DNA of 64,000 bases from a bacterium. Its GTDB lineage: Bacteria > Fidelibacterota > Fidelibacteria > Fidelibacterales > Fidelibacteraceae. The notes under the pieces were generated by a model, which was not told where the DNA came from, searched no databases, and was given only the letters and a program-made list of their open reading frames with translations. Below, piece after piece: positions 48,408 through 57,433 of the stretch. Both the position numbers and the translations under genes were made by a program. The DNA is taken from the NCBI GenBank assembly GCA_963676395.1, contig OY781066.1, forward strand, positions 384,001 to 448,000, read 5' to 3'. The stretch's first letter is position 1. Each line of letters starts with the position of its first letter.

Positions 48408-49040
48408 ATGAGAATCGCAGATAGATTAAAGATGATCAGAAAAGACCTTGGACTTTCTCAGGAACGTTTCGCCAATGAGCTTGGTATTCATCTGCGTTCT
48501 TATGTCTCTTACGAGAAAGGCGATCGCGCCGTCCCTCAAAAGGTCATGCTTGATCTGATGCATATGGGGTATAATATCCATTGGTTATTAAATGGCTCCG
48601 GTAGCATGAAATTATTGCATACCATAAGTAATGAAACTCATGAATATCCAAGCAAGAATGATATACCGATCTTAAAGAATTTAAGCGCTGTTTTTAAAAA
48701 TAGCATTCTCCCGGACGTAAGCCTGTCCCCTAACACCCTTCCTCGTCCTGAAAACAATCAAGATCCTTTTACATATGCCGTCCAATTAAAATCACTTGGG
48801 GACAAGGGAATGTCTCCGGCATTTCATCCAGATGAATATCTAATTGTTTCACCTCTTGAAACCGTTCTGAATAATGATAAGGCTATCATTAAACTTACAA
48901 ATGGTCGTATTGTTTTTAGGGTCGTTCAGTTCAAAGATTATACAATAGATCTTATACCGGCAAATATTAGCTGTAAAATGGAATCAATACCTTCAGAAGA
49001 ATTGGTTTTTGCTCATAAAGTTGTTTCTACCACAAAGTAG
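48408..49040 (+). CDS. CI/LexA-like repressor (XRE HTH plus degenerate S24 domain)
   Basis: RLKMIRKDLGLSQERFANELGI...YEKG HTH, NIHWLLNGSG, S24-like C-terminal domain (IPIL..., GDKGMSP, HKVV). Confidence 0.88.
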   Translation: MRIADRLKMIRKDLGLSQERFANELGIHLRSYVSYEKGDRAVPQKVMLDLMHMGYNIHWLLNGSGSMKLLHTISNETHEYPSKNDIPILKNLSAVFKNSILPDVSLSPNTLPRPENNQDPFTYAVQLKSLGDKGMSPAFHPDEYLIVSPLETVLNNDKAIIKLTNGRIVFRVVQFKDYTIDLIPANISCKMESIPSEELVFAHKVVSTTK

Positions 49041-49072
49041 CTAAAAATTAGATAAATTTAATTCCTAAAAAG

Positions 49073-49103
49073 AAAAAAGCCGTCCCGAAACTTCAGGGCG
49101 GCT
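49073..49103 (-). terminator. aspS terminator
   Basis: AGCCGCCCTG...CGGGACGGCT followed by TTTTTCTTTTT on the minus strand. Confidence 0.7.
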
Positions 49104-49174
49104 ATATATATGTGTGTTATATTTTCGACCAGACAACATCCTTCGTCCCCAGGACGATCTGGCAGGTCTACCTC

Positions 49175-50944
49175 TTAATCTTCAACTTTCAATTGTATTG
49201 AGAGGTCATCCAACTGTTTTTGATTCACACCCGAGGGAGCTCCATCCATCGGAGACTGTGCCGTTGTGGTCTTGGGAAAAGCAATAACGTCTCGAATGGA
49301 ATCTTCGCCGGTCAGGACCATGATCAAGCGGTCTAAACCAAAGGCGATCCCACCATGAGGTGGTGCACCGTATTCAAAGGCACCCAATAAGAATCCGAAT
49401 TTTTCCTGAGCTTCTTCATCGTCAATACCCAGAGCTTTGAACATTCTTTGCTGCAAATCCTTTTGATAGATACGAATGGAGCCTCCACCAATCTCATAAC
49501 CATTCAAAGCCATATCATATGCACGGGCTTTCACGGCTAGAGGATCACTTTCAAGTTTATCGATATCCTCTAGTTTGGGTGAAGTAAAAGGATGGTGACG
49601 AGCAACCAGTCGGCCGCTTTCTTCATCTTTTTCAAATAGAGGGAAATCAGTTACCCAAACAGCCTTATGTTCGTTTTTCTTGATGAGACCAAATTCTTTT
49701 GCTAATCTTGTTCTTACGGCACCCAAAACAATTAATGACGTTTCCCAAGCATCTGCCATGAATAAAATTAGATCACCGGCCTTGGCTTCTGTTTTCTCCA
49801 ATAGAAGTTTTGCAGCGTCTTCATTTATAAATTTTGAGATACCACCTTGTAAACCTTCTTCGTTAACTTTCACAAAAGCCAAACCTTTGGCACCGTATTT
49901 CTTGGCAAATTCGGTGAGTTCATCAATTTTCTTGCGAGAAAAATCTGCAGCACCTGTTACAGGCAATGCACGGATTACACCTCCATTGTCCATAGCAGAA
50001 TGGAAAACCGAAAAATCTGTCGCTCTAGCGAAGTCTTCCACATTCTTGATCTCCATGTCAAAGCGCACATCGGGTTTATCCGACCCGTAGCGTTCCATAG
50101 CATCATGAAAGGTAATTCTTGCTAGCGGCGTGGGGATATCAACGCCGAGCGTTTCCTTAAATACGGTTGAGACCATATTTTCCATGAGTGTTTGAATTTC
50201 CAGTTCATCTACAAAAGACATTTCGCAATCGATCTGGGTAAACTCAGGTTGACGATCCGCACGTAAATCTTCATCCCTGAAACATTTCACGATCTGAAAG
50301 TAGCGATCATACCCCGCAACCATCAGAAGTTGCTTATAGGTCTGAGGAGACTGAGGCAACGCATAGAATTTGTGCTTATTTACACGTGAAGGCACAAGAA
50401 AATCACGAGCACCTTCTGGAGTAGATTTCATTAGCACAGGTGTTTCAACTTCCATAAAGTCATTTTGGGTTAAATAATTACGTACGATCTGAGATGCCTT
50501 ATGGCGCATGAACATATTTTTCTTAAGTTCTTCAGTACGAAGATCAAGATATCGATATTTTAAACGAAGATCTTCTGAACCGGTTTCGCGTTTTGTGATC
50601 TCAAAAGGAGTTGGTATAGCTTTATTTAACAATTCAAAATCGATTGCTTCAACTTCAATCTCACCACTGGGCAATTTTTTATTAACATTTTCTTCGGGGC
50701 GAGCCACAACAGTACCCAAAACAGCGATCACATCTTCGTTATTAAGATGCTTTACCACATCAAGAATTTCTGCTGAAAGATCGTTATTAAAACGAACCTG
50801 AACCAGACCGTAACGGTCTCTGAGGTCGACAAAAAATATTCCACCAAGATCACGACGGGTATTCACCCAGCCATTGATCTTTACAACATTTCCAATATGA
50901 GATTTGTTTAATTCACCACAGCGATGGTCTCGTTTTATACGCAT
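49175..50944 (-). CDS. aspS: aspartate--tRNA ligase
   Basis: FVDLRDRYG, STPEGARDF, LPQSPQ, FRDEDLRADRQPEFTQID, HHPFT, PPHGGIAFGLDR; start trimmed to 50944. Confidence 0.98.
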   Translation of the reverse strand: MRIKRDHRCGELNKSHIGNVVKINGWVNTRRDLGGIFFVDLRDRYGLVQVRFNNDLSAEILDVVKHLNNEDVIAVLGTVVARPEENVNKKLPSGEIEVEAIDFELLNKAIPTPFEITKRETGSEDLRLKYRYLDLRTEELKKNMFMRHKASQIVRNYLTQNDFMEVETPVLMKSTPEGARDFLVPSRVNKHKFYALPQSPQTYKQLLMVAGYDRYFQIVKCFRDEDLRADRQPEFTQIDCEMSFVDELEIQTLMENMVSTVFKETLGVDIPTPLARITFHDAMERYGSDKPDVRFDMEIKNVEDFARATDFSVFHSAMDNGGVIRALPVTGAADFSRKKIDELTEFAKKYGAKGLAFVKVNEEGLQGGISKFINEDAAKLLLEKTEAKAGDLILFMADAWETSLIVLGAVRTRLAKEFGLIKKNEHKAVWVTDFPLFEKDEESGRLVARHHPFTSPKLEDIDKLESDPLAVKARAYDMALNGYEIGGGSIRIYQKDLQQRMFKALGIDDEEAQEKFGFLLGAFEYGAPPHGGIAFGLDRLIMVLTGEDSIRDVIAFPKTTTAQSPMDGAPSGVNQKQLDDLSIQLKVED

Positions 50945-51109
50945 AATGCTCCCTTTAATTTCGGGCATAAATTACACGAAAACAGGCATAATTCAAATGG
51001 TTTCTTTAATCATATGTGTAGGAACGCTCAACTTGTCGAGTCCGGAATTACCCAAACTGGATTATATCCAATCTTAACATTTTCAAATTAATGTTATTTC
51101 AAGTAATCA

Positions 51110-52270
51110 TCAACCGAAAATCACCTGCATCAAATAAGCAAATCCAATACCGGCATAATTACCAATGATCCACCCGGCAATACCAACCAACATACCCGTC
51201 ATGATCACTTTTTTATTTTTAAGAACCGAAGCTACAACAGGAACAAAAGGAGGAGAATATACCAAAGCCGTCATTGCGACAAGATGAGTATCGGCATCTA
51301 CCTTGGTCCATTTAGAAATTAGAGTATGTAGCACAAATGATAATATCAGTAAAACAGCTACATACAGAATAACTACGGGGGCCGTCCCCGCCAATTGAGC
51401 AATATCGGCCATAGATGATACGACTAAAGCGAAAACCAGCAAGAGATAATGTCCCAACTGAAAAGTCATACGAATATTTCTTACCTTAGGAATAAAGGAT
51501 GCCAGAATTCCAAGAGTTGTTATCAGTAAAATTGCGACAACCGATGAGATACCTTTGGGAACCAAAAATGAAGCTCCACCACCAATTGCAAAGATCAATA
51601 CAGCCAGAAAAAATGCTCCTATCAGTGGGAAAATATCTTTCTTGTTAAAACCTTTAAAATAAGGTTCAAAGCTTTCGTGATCAATGCTATTTTCTTGAAT
51701 AACAGCATCATCTGCTTTAAAAGGATTCAATATCTTCTTAAGCAAACGGGGAATCACAGAAAGGATAAGCAAAAACAATACACCACCCACAAAAACGTCA
51801 GCCGTATGTACCGAGATATAATTCGTTGATGAAATCTCTAAACCGGTTCCGATCGCAGCTAAGTTCGGTGTTCCACCTGTATAGCAGCCAATGAGCATAC
51901 CGGCCATTTTCCACGCTTCTTCACCTAAAACTGATTGAAAAACAGTATAAGCAAGAAAAGAGGCTACAACAACCGCCAATAAAGCACCACCAAAAGATTT
52001 TGCGGCCAAACCTGCTTGTTTGCCCCAACCTTTTAAATTCATGGAGAAAAAGATCAATGGTAAAGCTAAGGGAATAACAATAGTATTAAAGGTATCTTGT
52101 ACCTGAAAAATGTTATTGGGCAAAACGCCAATATTACCAATAATCAAACCGGTAACATAACAAAATACAATAGCACCTACAGAATCAAGAAATTTATTTT
52201 TTGAGCAAAGCCAAAGAATGAAAGCCGGACACGCCAAAAAGAATACCGACCAAAGAATGGTTGATAGCAT
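51110..52270 (-). CDS. DUF819 family membrane protein
   Basis: About 10-12 TM segments; GCYTGGTPNLAAI, SPPFVPVVA, GWIIGNYAG. Confidence 0.8.
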   Translation of the reverse strand: MLSTILWSVFFLACPAFILWLCSKNKFLDSVGAIVFCYVTGLIIGNIGVLPNNIFQVQDTFNTIVIPLALPLIFFSMNLKGWGKQAGLAAKSFGGALLAVVVASFLAYTVFQSVLGEEAWKMAGMLIGCYTGGTPNLAAIGTGLEISSTNYISVHTADVFVGGVLFLLILSVIPRLLKKILNPFKADDAVIQENSIDHESFEPYFKGFNKKDIFPLIGAFFLAVLIFAIGGGASFLVPKGISSVVAILLITTLGILASFIPKVRNIRMTFQLGHYLLLVFALVVSSMADIAQLAGTAPVVILYVAVLLILSFVLHTLISKWTKVDADTHLVAMTALVYSPPFVPVVASVLKNKKVIMTGMLVGIAGWIIGNYAGIGFAYLMQVIFG

Positions 52271-52472
52271 ATAATAACTCCTGTGTGTTTGTTATATCCC
52301 CAAGCGTGAAAATTAATGAAAATGTATTGTGAAGGAAAGTATTTTTTATAGAGCTTGTAATTCATTTTTTTACATTAGCTGAGCAATCCTATTGCTCAAG
52401 TAGGGATTTTACTTATTGAGTCAATACGTTTTTTTATTGACTCTATACTCAAATTTATTTGTAAATTCCCCC

Positions 52473-54029
52473 ATGCGCATCGCTCTCATCCAAACACCAA
52501 TTGAAGATTTTTATTCCACTCAACAGCGGACATATCCACTCGGACTCACTTATCTTGCCGCTTCGATAAAAGATCTGCCGGTAAATGTTAAAATCCTTGA
52601 CTTGCTTACAGGACATGGGCGCCAAAGTATTCCAATTCCGAAATCCTTTAAAGCTATTATGCCGCTTCTACCTTACGACCGCTCCCCTATTTCTGCATTT
52701 CATACTTACTATCACTGGGGTATGAGCTGGAAAAATATCAAACGCTACTTCACTGAGAACATTTTCGACCTTTATGCGATCTCGTCAAATTTCTATACTT
52801 ATTCGCAAGAAATACTCAAAACAGCTGAAATAATAAAAAAGATAAACCCCCAAGCTATCATTCTGGTAGGTGGTCAGAATGTAGGGCCTGAGCATGAACT
52901 TTTTACTTCTTCAAAATATATTGACCTATGTATCAAAGGTGAAGGAGAATTATCTTTCCGAAAGCTGCTAACTCAATTACTCAACAAGCAGAACATTTCA
53001 AGTATACCGGGTTTATGGTGTAATAAAACTAAAACATGGAATGCAATTTCTGTTAAAAGCGATTTCAATCATTACCCGGATTCGGAGCTATTGCCTACCG
53101 ATAAATATAAGATCGCCGGAAAAAAGGCTATGATGATTGCGACGTCCCGTGGTTGTCCCATGGGTTGCAGTTTTTGTTCTGTTGCTCATACCTTCGGTTC
53201 CCGAATGCGAATGCGTCCGATTAATCAAATAGTTCAGGAAATGCGACATGCCTACGATAGAGGTATACGAGCATTCGATATTGAGGATGATAATTTCACT
53301 TTCGTAAAAGATCACTGTATTAAACTCCTCAAAGCTATTTCAGATGAATTCAGTGGTAATATTTCTCTATATGCAATGAATGGTTTATCTGCTGAGCATT
53401 TGGACAATGAGGTCATCAGCCTATTAAAAAAATGTGGTATGAATCTCTTGAACTTATCAATTGCCACATCATCCAAAGAACAATTGAAACGTATCCACAG
53501 AAAAACAAGCATTGCACATTTTATAGAAATATCAAATATGGCGGCCTCACACGGACTAAAAGTTATGGGGCATTTTATTTCCGGAATGCCGGGACAAACC
53601 GCCAAAGAGATCATTGATACCATGTGTTTACTTTCAGAGTTACCTCTTATTCTAGGGATCTCACCTTTTTATTATATTCCAGGAATGCAAATGCAGGTCC
53701 CCAATATTCCACCTTCTTGTAAAGAAGCTCGACTCTCGCGGTTTTGGCCAGCTGATATGCTTCTCAGTGAAATAGATCTCATTACGCTATTCAGATTATC
53801 ACGGTGGATCAATTATGTAAAAAAACAATTGAGTGATCAACACATTAACTCTTTGGAATTTTCCATGCTGAGTTCTCAATTTCCAAATGATCCCTACATA
53901 ATCTCACTTATTGATCAGCTCAACATAATCGGACAAGATGCCAACAAAGAACATTTTACCCATCAAACATCCCCAAAAATCATTAATCTCTTCCTAAAGC
54001 GCTTTAAAGGATCCCTAATTCGGATATAA
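52473..54029 (+). CDS. B12-binding radical SAM protein
   Basis: PLGLTYLAA, LVGG, GEGE, TSRGCPMGCSFC (CxxxCxxC), EDDNF; start trimmed to 52473. Confidence 0.9.
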   Translation: MRIALIQTPIEDFYSTQQRTYPLGLTYLAASIKDLPVNVKILDLLTGHGRQSIPIPKSFKAIMPLLPYDRSPISAFHTYYHWGMSWKNIKRYFTENIFDLYAISSNFYTYSQEILKTAEIIKKINPQAIILVGGQNVGPEHELFTSSKYIDLCIKGEGELSFRKLLTQLLNKQNISSIPGLWCNKTKTWNAISVKSDFNHYPDSELLPTDKYKIAGKKAMMIATSRGCPMGCSFCSVAHTFGSRMRMRPINQIVQEMRHAYDRGIRAFDIEDDNFTFVKDHCIKLLKAISDEFSGNISLYAMNGLSAEHLDNEVISLLKKCGMNLLNLSIATSSKEQLKRIHRKTSIAHFIEISNMAASHGLKVMGHFISGMPGQTAKEIIDTMCLLSELPLILGISPFYYIPGMQMQVPNIPPSCKEARLSRFWPADMLLSEIDLITLFRLSRWINYVKKQLSDQHINSLEFSMLSSQFPNDPYIISLIDQLNIIGQDANKEHFTHQTSPKIINLFLKRFKGSLIRI

Positions 54030-54136
54030 ACTAGGTTTGTTTTTTAATTTGCCAAAACCCACATCTTGTTTAAATTTACTAAAACAGAACATTTACATGA
54101 AAAATATTATTAAGGGTCATTTCAATAGGAGTTCTG

Positions 54137-54748
54137 ATGTTTTTTCACTTACATACCAACAAGGCTAAAGCTCAAGTACCGAAAAATACAATAGTTTTAC
54201 CTGCAGCGGTTAAGACCGGCGGTATGCCGTTAATGGAAACTTTGGATATTAGACAAAGTACTCGTTCTTTTTCAAAGAAAAAACTAAGTGAACAAGATCT
54301 ATCGAATATTCTTTGGACAGCTTGGGGTTACAATCGAAATGAACAAAAGAAAAGAACAGCTCCCTCTTCCATGAACAAGCAAGAGATCTCTGTTTATTGT
54401 GCACTCGAAGAAGGACTATATCTTTACAATGCAAAAGCTCATCATCTTGAGTTAATACTGGATCAAGACGTCCGCTCACATACCGGGAAGCAACCCTTTA
54501 TTGCCTCTGCTCCCTTAAACTTAATCTATGTTGCCGATTCAAAAAAACAAAGTTCTCTTAATACCAGTCATACCAACGTCGGCTTTATTTCACAAAATGT
54601 ATCTCTTTACTGCGCTTCAGAAAATTTGGCAACCGTTGTCCGTGCCTGGTATAATGAAACAAAACTACACAAAATAATTAAGCTACAAAAACATCAGAAT
54701 ATCATTCTCTGTCAAACTGTGGGATACCCAAAAAGGAGTACAGAGTAA
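54137..54748 (+). CDS. nitroreductase / SagB-ThcOx family protein
   Basis: LP...GGMPLMETL..RQSTRSFS, LSNILW.A.G, RTAPS, GFISQNV.L; true start may lie ~40 nt upstream. Confidence 0.85.
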   Translation: MFFHLHTNKAKAQVPKNTIVLPAAVKTGGMPLMETLDIRQSTRSFSKKKLSEQDLSNILWTAWGYNRNEQKKRTAPSSMNKQEISVYCALEEGLYLYNAKAHHLELILDQDVRSHTGKQPFIASAPLNLIYVADSKKQSSLNTSHTNVGFISQNVSLYCASENLATVVRAWYNETKLHKIIKLQKHQNIILCQTVGYPKRSTE

Positions 54749-54877
54749 AGAATATGAAAATTTTCGACAAAAATAACATAAATAATTCAGACCTTCTTAT
54801 CCGATTTTACTTTACTATTAACATTAATTTAGCTTAAATTTGAAGTTAGTCAATAGTACACCCAAAAAAGAAAGGAA

Positions 54878-55531
54878 ATGTACATGGACGGAGCAAGTTG
54901 GAACTACTCGGATAAGGTTAAAGAGCACTTCTTTCACCCTAAAAATATCCTTGAAATAGATGAAAAAGAGTATAATGCAGACGGTGTAGGTTATGTTGGT
55001 TCACCGGCCTGTGGTGATATGATGAAGATTTTCATCAAAGTTAAAGACGACAGAATAGCAGATCTCAAGTGGCAGACTTTCGGTTGCGCATCAGCTATCG
55101 GCTCAACATCAATGTTGTCCGAAATGGTCATGCGTGACGGTGGCATGCCTTTGGATGATGCCTGGAAGCTGACCCCTGAAATGATCATCAATGAGCTTGG
55201 TGGACTACCTGCGAACAAGATCCATTGTTCAGTTCTCGGTGATAAAGCACTGCGGGAAGCCATCAAAGATCATTTCAAACGCACAGGGCAAGAAGATCGC
55301 ATTCCTCACGACGACAAATCACGCGTGATCTGTGAGTGTTTGAATGTCACCGAAGATGATATTCGCATGGAAGTTCTTGAAGGTGTCAAAGATTTCAAAA
55401 CCCTTCAGGAACGCACCAAACTTGGCACCATGTGCGGGAAATGTGTTGACACAGCAAAAACTCTGGTTGATTTCTACGTCGGCCGTTATTATACCGAAGA
55501 CATCTATACCGGTAAAGAAGAAAAAAAATAG
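54878..55531 (+). CDS. Fe-S cluster scaffold (NifU/IscU-like) with C-terminal BFD-like [2Fe-2S] domain
   Basis: YSDKVKEHF, GSPACGD, TFGCASA, LP.NKIHCS, then CEC...GTMCGKC. Confidence 0.9.
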   Translation: MYMDGASWNYSDKVKEHFFHPKNILEIDEKEYNADGVGYVGSPACGDMMKIFIKVKDDRIADLKWQTFGCASAIGSTSMLSEMVMRDGGMPLDDAWKLTPEMIINELGGLPANKIHCSVLGDKALREAIKDHFKRTGQEDRIPHDDKSRVICECLNVTEDDIRMEVLEGVKDFKTLQERTKLGTMCGKCVDTAKTLVDFYVGRYYTEDIYTGKEEKK

Positions 55532-55540
55532 GAGGCAAGC

Positions 55541-56698
55541 ATGATCTATCTAGATAATTCTGCCACCACTCCCCTGCACCCTAAAGTCAAAGAAGCGATA
55601 ATAAGTGCACTTGATCTTTTTGGAAATCCTTCCTCAATGCACACCGTTGGCCGACAAGTCCGCGCTCTTCTGGAACAAAGCCGAAAAGAGATCGCTGATT
55701 TTTTAAATTGTTCTCCTGACGAAATAATTTTTACAGCCGGTGCGTCTGAGGCAAACAATACAGTATTAAAAAGCGCAACAAATTGCTGCGCATTCTGCGA
55801 AGATAATCGTGGACATATCATCACTTCAAACATCGAACATCCTTCGGTCTTAAGCACTCTTGATTGTTTAGCTAAAAAACATGTAGACATCACACATATC
55901 AAAGTTAAAGAAAATGGAATCATTGACCCTAAAGATGTCGAAGCCGCAATTCGTCCAGACACCATGATGATATCGATCATGTATGTTAATAATGAGATCG
56001 GCACGATCCAACCCATTAAAGACATTGCAGAGATCGCGAATAAACATAATATCCCTATGCATACCGATGCTGTTCAAGCGGTAGGTAAAATCCCTATCGA
56101 TTTACAGGAACTGAAAGTAGATTTCTTATCAATGTCCGGCCATAAGATCTATGCCCCTAAAGGTATTGGGATTTTATACAAAAGAAAAACGGCCAAGAAT
56201 ATCTGCCCCCTCATTGTTGGTGGTCATCAAGAGAATTCAATGCGTGCCGGTACCGAAAACACTTTGGGCATTATCGCTCTTGGTGAAGCGATCAAGCAAG
56301 CTGGTCTTGAGATGAATGACAATAAAAAACGTATTGGAGCTCTCAGAGATAAGCTAGAGAAGGGCATTATAGATCAACTTGATGATGTTAGGATCAATGG
56401 AGATGTTGAAAAGCGCGCATACAATATTACAAATCTTTCATTTACAACCATTGAAGGCGAATCAATATTGTTACGACTGGACATGCATGGTATTTCCGTT
56501 TCAACGGGATCGGCCTGTTCATCCGGATCACTCGAACCTAGTTACGTTGTAACATCCTTGAACGTTGAACCTGAAATTGCTCATTCATCAATCAGATTTT
56601 CTCTCGGCCGTGAAACAACCGAAGAAGATATCGATAAAACCATTGAAGCTGTTGTGGAAACGGTAACATTCCTAAGAAAGATCAGTCCAATAAAATAA
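55541..56698 (+). CDS. nifS: cysteine desulfurase (NifS/IscS family)
   Basis: IYLDNSATT, GNPSS.H, IEHPSV, HTDAVQA, SGHK, STGSACSS. Confidence 0.9.
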   Translation: MIYLDNSATTPLHPKVKEAIISALDLFGNPSSMHTVGRQVRALLEQSRKEIADFLNCSPDEIIFTAGASEANNTVLKSATNCCAFCEDNRGHIITSNIEHPSVLSTLDCLAKKHVDITHIKVKENGIIDPKDVEAAIRPDTMMISIMYVNNEIGTIQPIKDIAEIANKHNIPMHTDAVQAVGKIPIDLQELKVDFLSMSGHKIYAPKGIGILYKRKTAKNICPLIVGGHQENSMRAGTENTLGIIALGEAIKQAGLEMNDNKKRIGALRDKLEKGIIDQLDDVRINGDVEKRAYNITNLSFTTIEGESILLRLDMHGISVSTGSACSSGSLEPSYVVTSLNVEPEIAHSSIRFSLGRETTEEDIDKTIEAVVETVTFLRKISPIK

Positions 56699-56711
56699 AC
56701 GGGAGCAATTC

Positions 56712-57335
56712 ATGTTAAATGTTCAGTTGATCGACCACCCTCTTGTAAAGCATTCATTATCCATTCTCCGAGATAAAAAAACAGATACAGAAACCTTTCG
56801 TCGTCATACGGCTATCGTCTCTCAGATTATCATTATGGAAGCCAGCAGGACATGTAAACTGAGCAGCATTGAGGTTCAAACACCCATTTGCAAAACTAAG
56901 GGACATGAAATCTATCGTTCCATGATCTTTGTCCCTGTGCTACGTGCCGGTATATCCATGTTGGTTCCAGCCAGGGATTTCTTACCCTGGACACCTGTTG
57001 GTTTTATTGGACTTGAGCGTGACGAAGAGACAGCGATTGCTCGAGAGTACTACCAAAAATTCCCGGCTAATATTGATAAACAATTGGCACTGATCCTTGA
57101 CCCAATGCTCGCATCAGGTGGTTCTGTATCGGATACAATAACCAGGCTTAAAGAAAAAGGAGCCAAAAAGATCGCTATCGCTTGTATCGTTGCCGCTCCA
57201 GAAGGTATTAAACGCATCAACAAAGAACACCCCGATGTTTATATCTACACATCAGCCATCGATGATTATTTGAACAATAAAAAATATATCGTTCCCGGCT
57301 TAGGGGACTTTGGAGACAGGTATTTCGGCACCTAA
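56712..57335 (+). CDS. upp: uracil phosphoribosyltransferase
   Basis: HPL, VPVLRAG, RDEET, LDPMLASGGS, YIVPGLGDFGDRYFGT. Confidence 0.97.
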   Translation: MLNVQLIDHPLVKHSLSILRDKKTDTETFRRHTAIVSQIIIMEASRTCKLSSIEVQTPICKTKGHEIYRSMIFVPVLRAGISMLVPARDFLPWTPVGFIGLERDEETAIAREYYQKFPANIDKQLALILDPMLASGGSVSDTITRLKEKGAKKIAIACIVAAPEGIKRINKEHPDVYIYTSAIDDYLNNKKYIVPGLGDFGDRYFGT

Positions 57336-57354
57336 ACTTTCCTTACACAAAATC

Positions 57355-57386
57355 AAAAGCCTTGGGTTTCAGCCCAAGGCTTTTTT
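57355..57386. terminator. bidirectional terminator
   Basis: AAAAGCCTTGGG...CCCAAGGCTTTTTT. Confidence 0.8.
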
Positions 57387-57433
57387 CCAGGTGTCAGATT
57401 TTTCAAAGGTTAAACCCAGGATTATTAAATAAA

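Noticed and set aside
43905..49174. Intact prophage or integrative element with att sites
   Set aside because: No integrase, structural or replication genes and no convincing flanking direct repeats
54090..54140. Upstream ATG and signal-peptide-like stretch before the nitroreductase, suggesting an A-tract frameshift
   Set aside because: I cannot resolve the base count here reliably, and the ORF track starts at 54137; could be a reading or sequencing artefact
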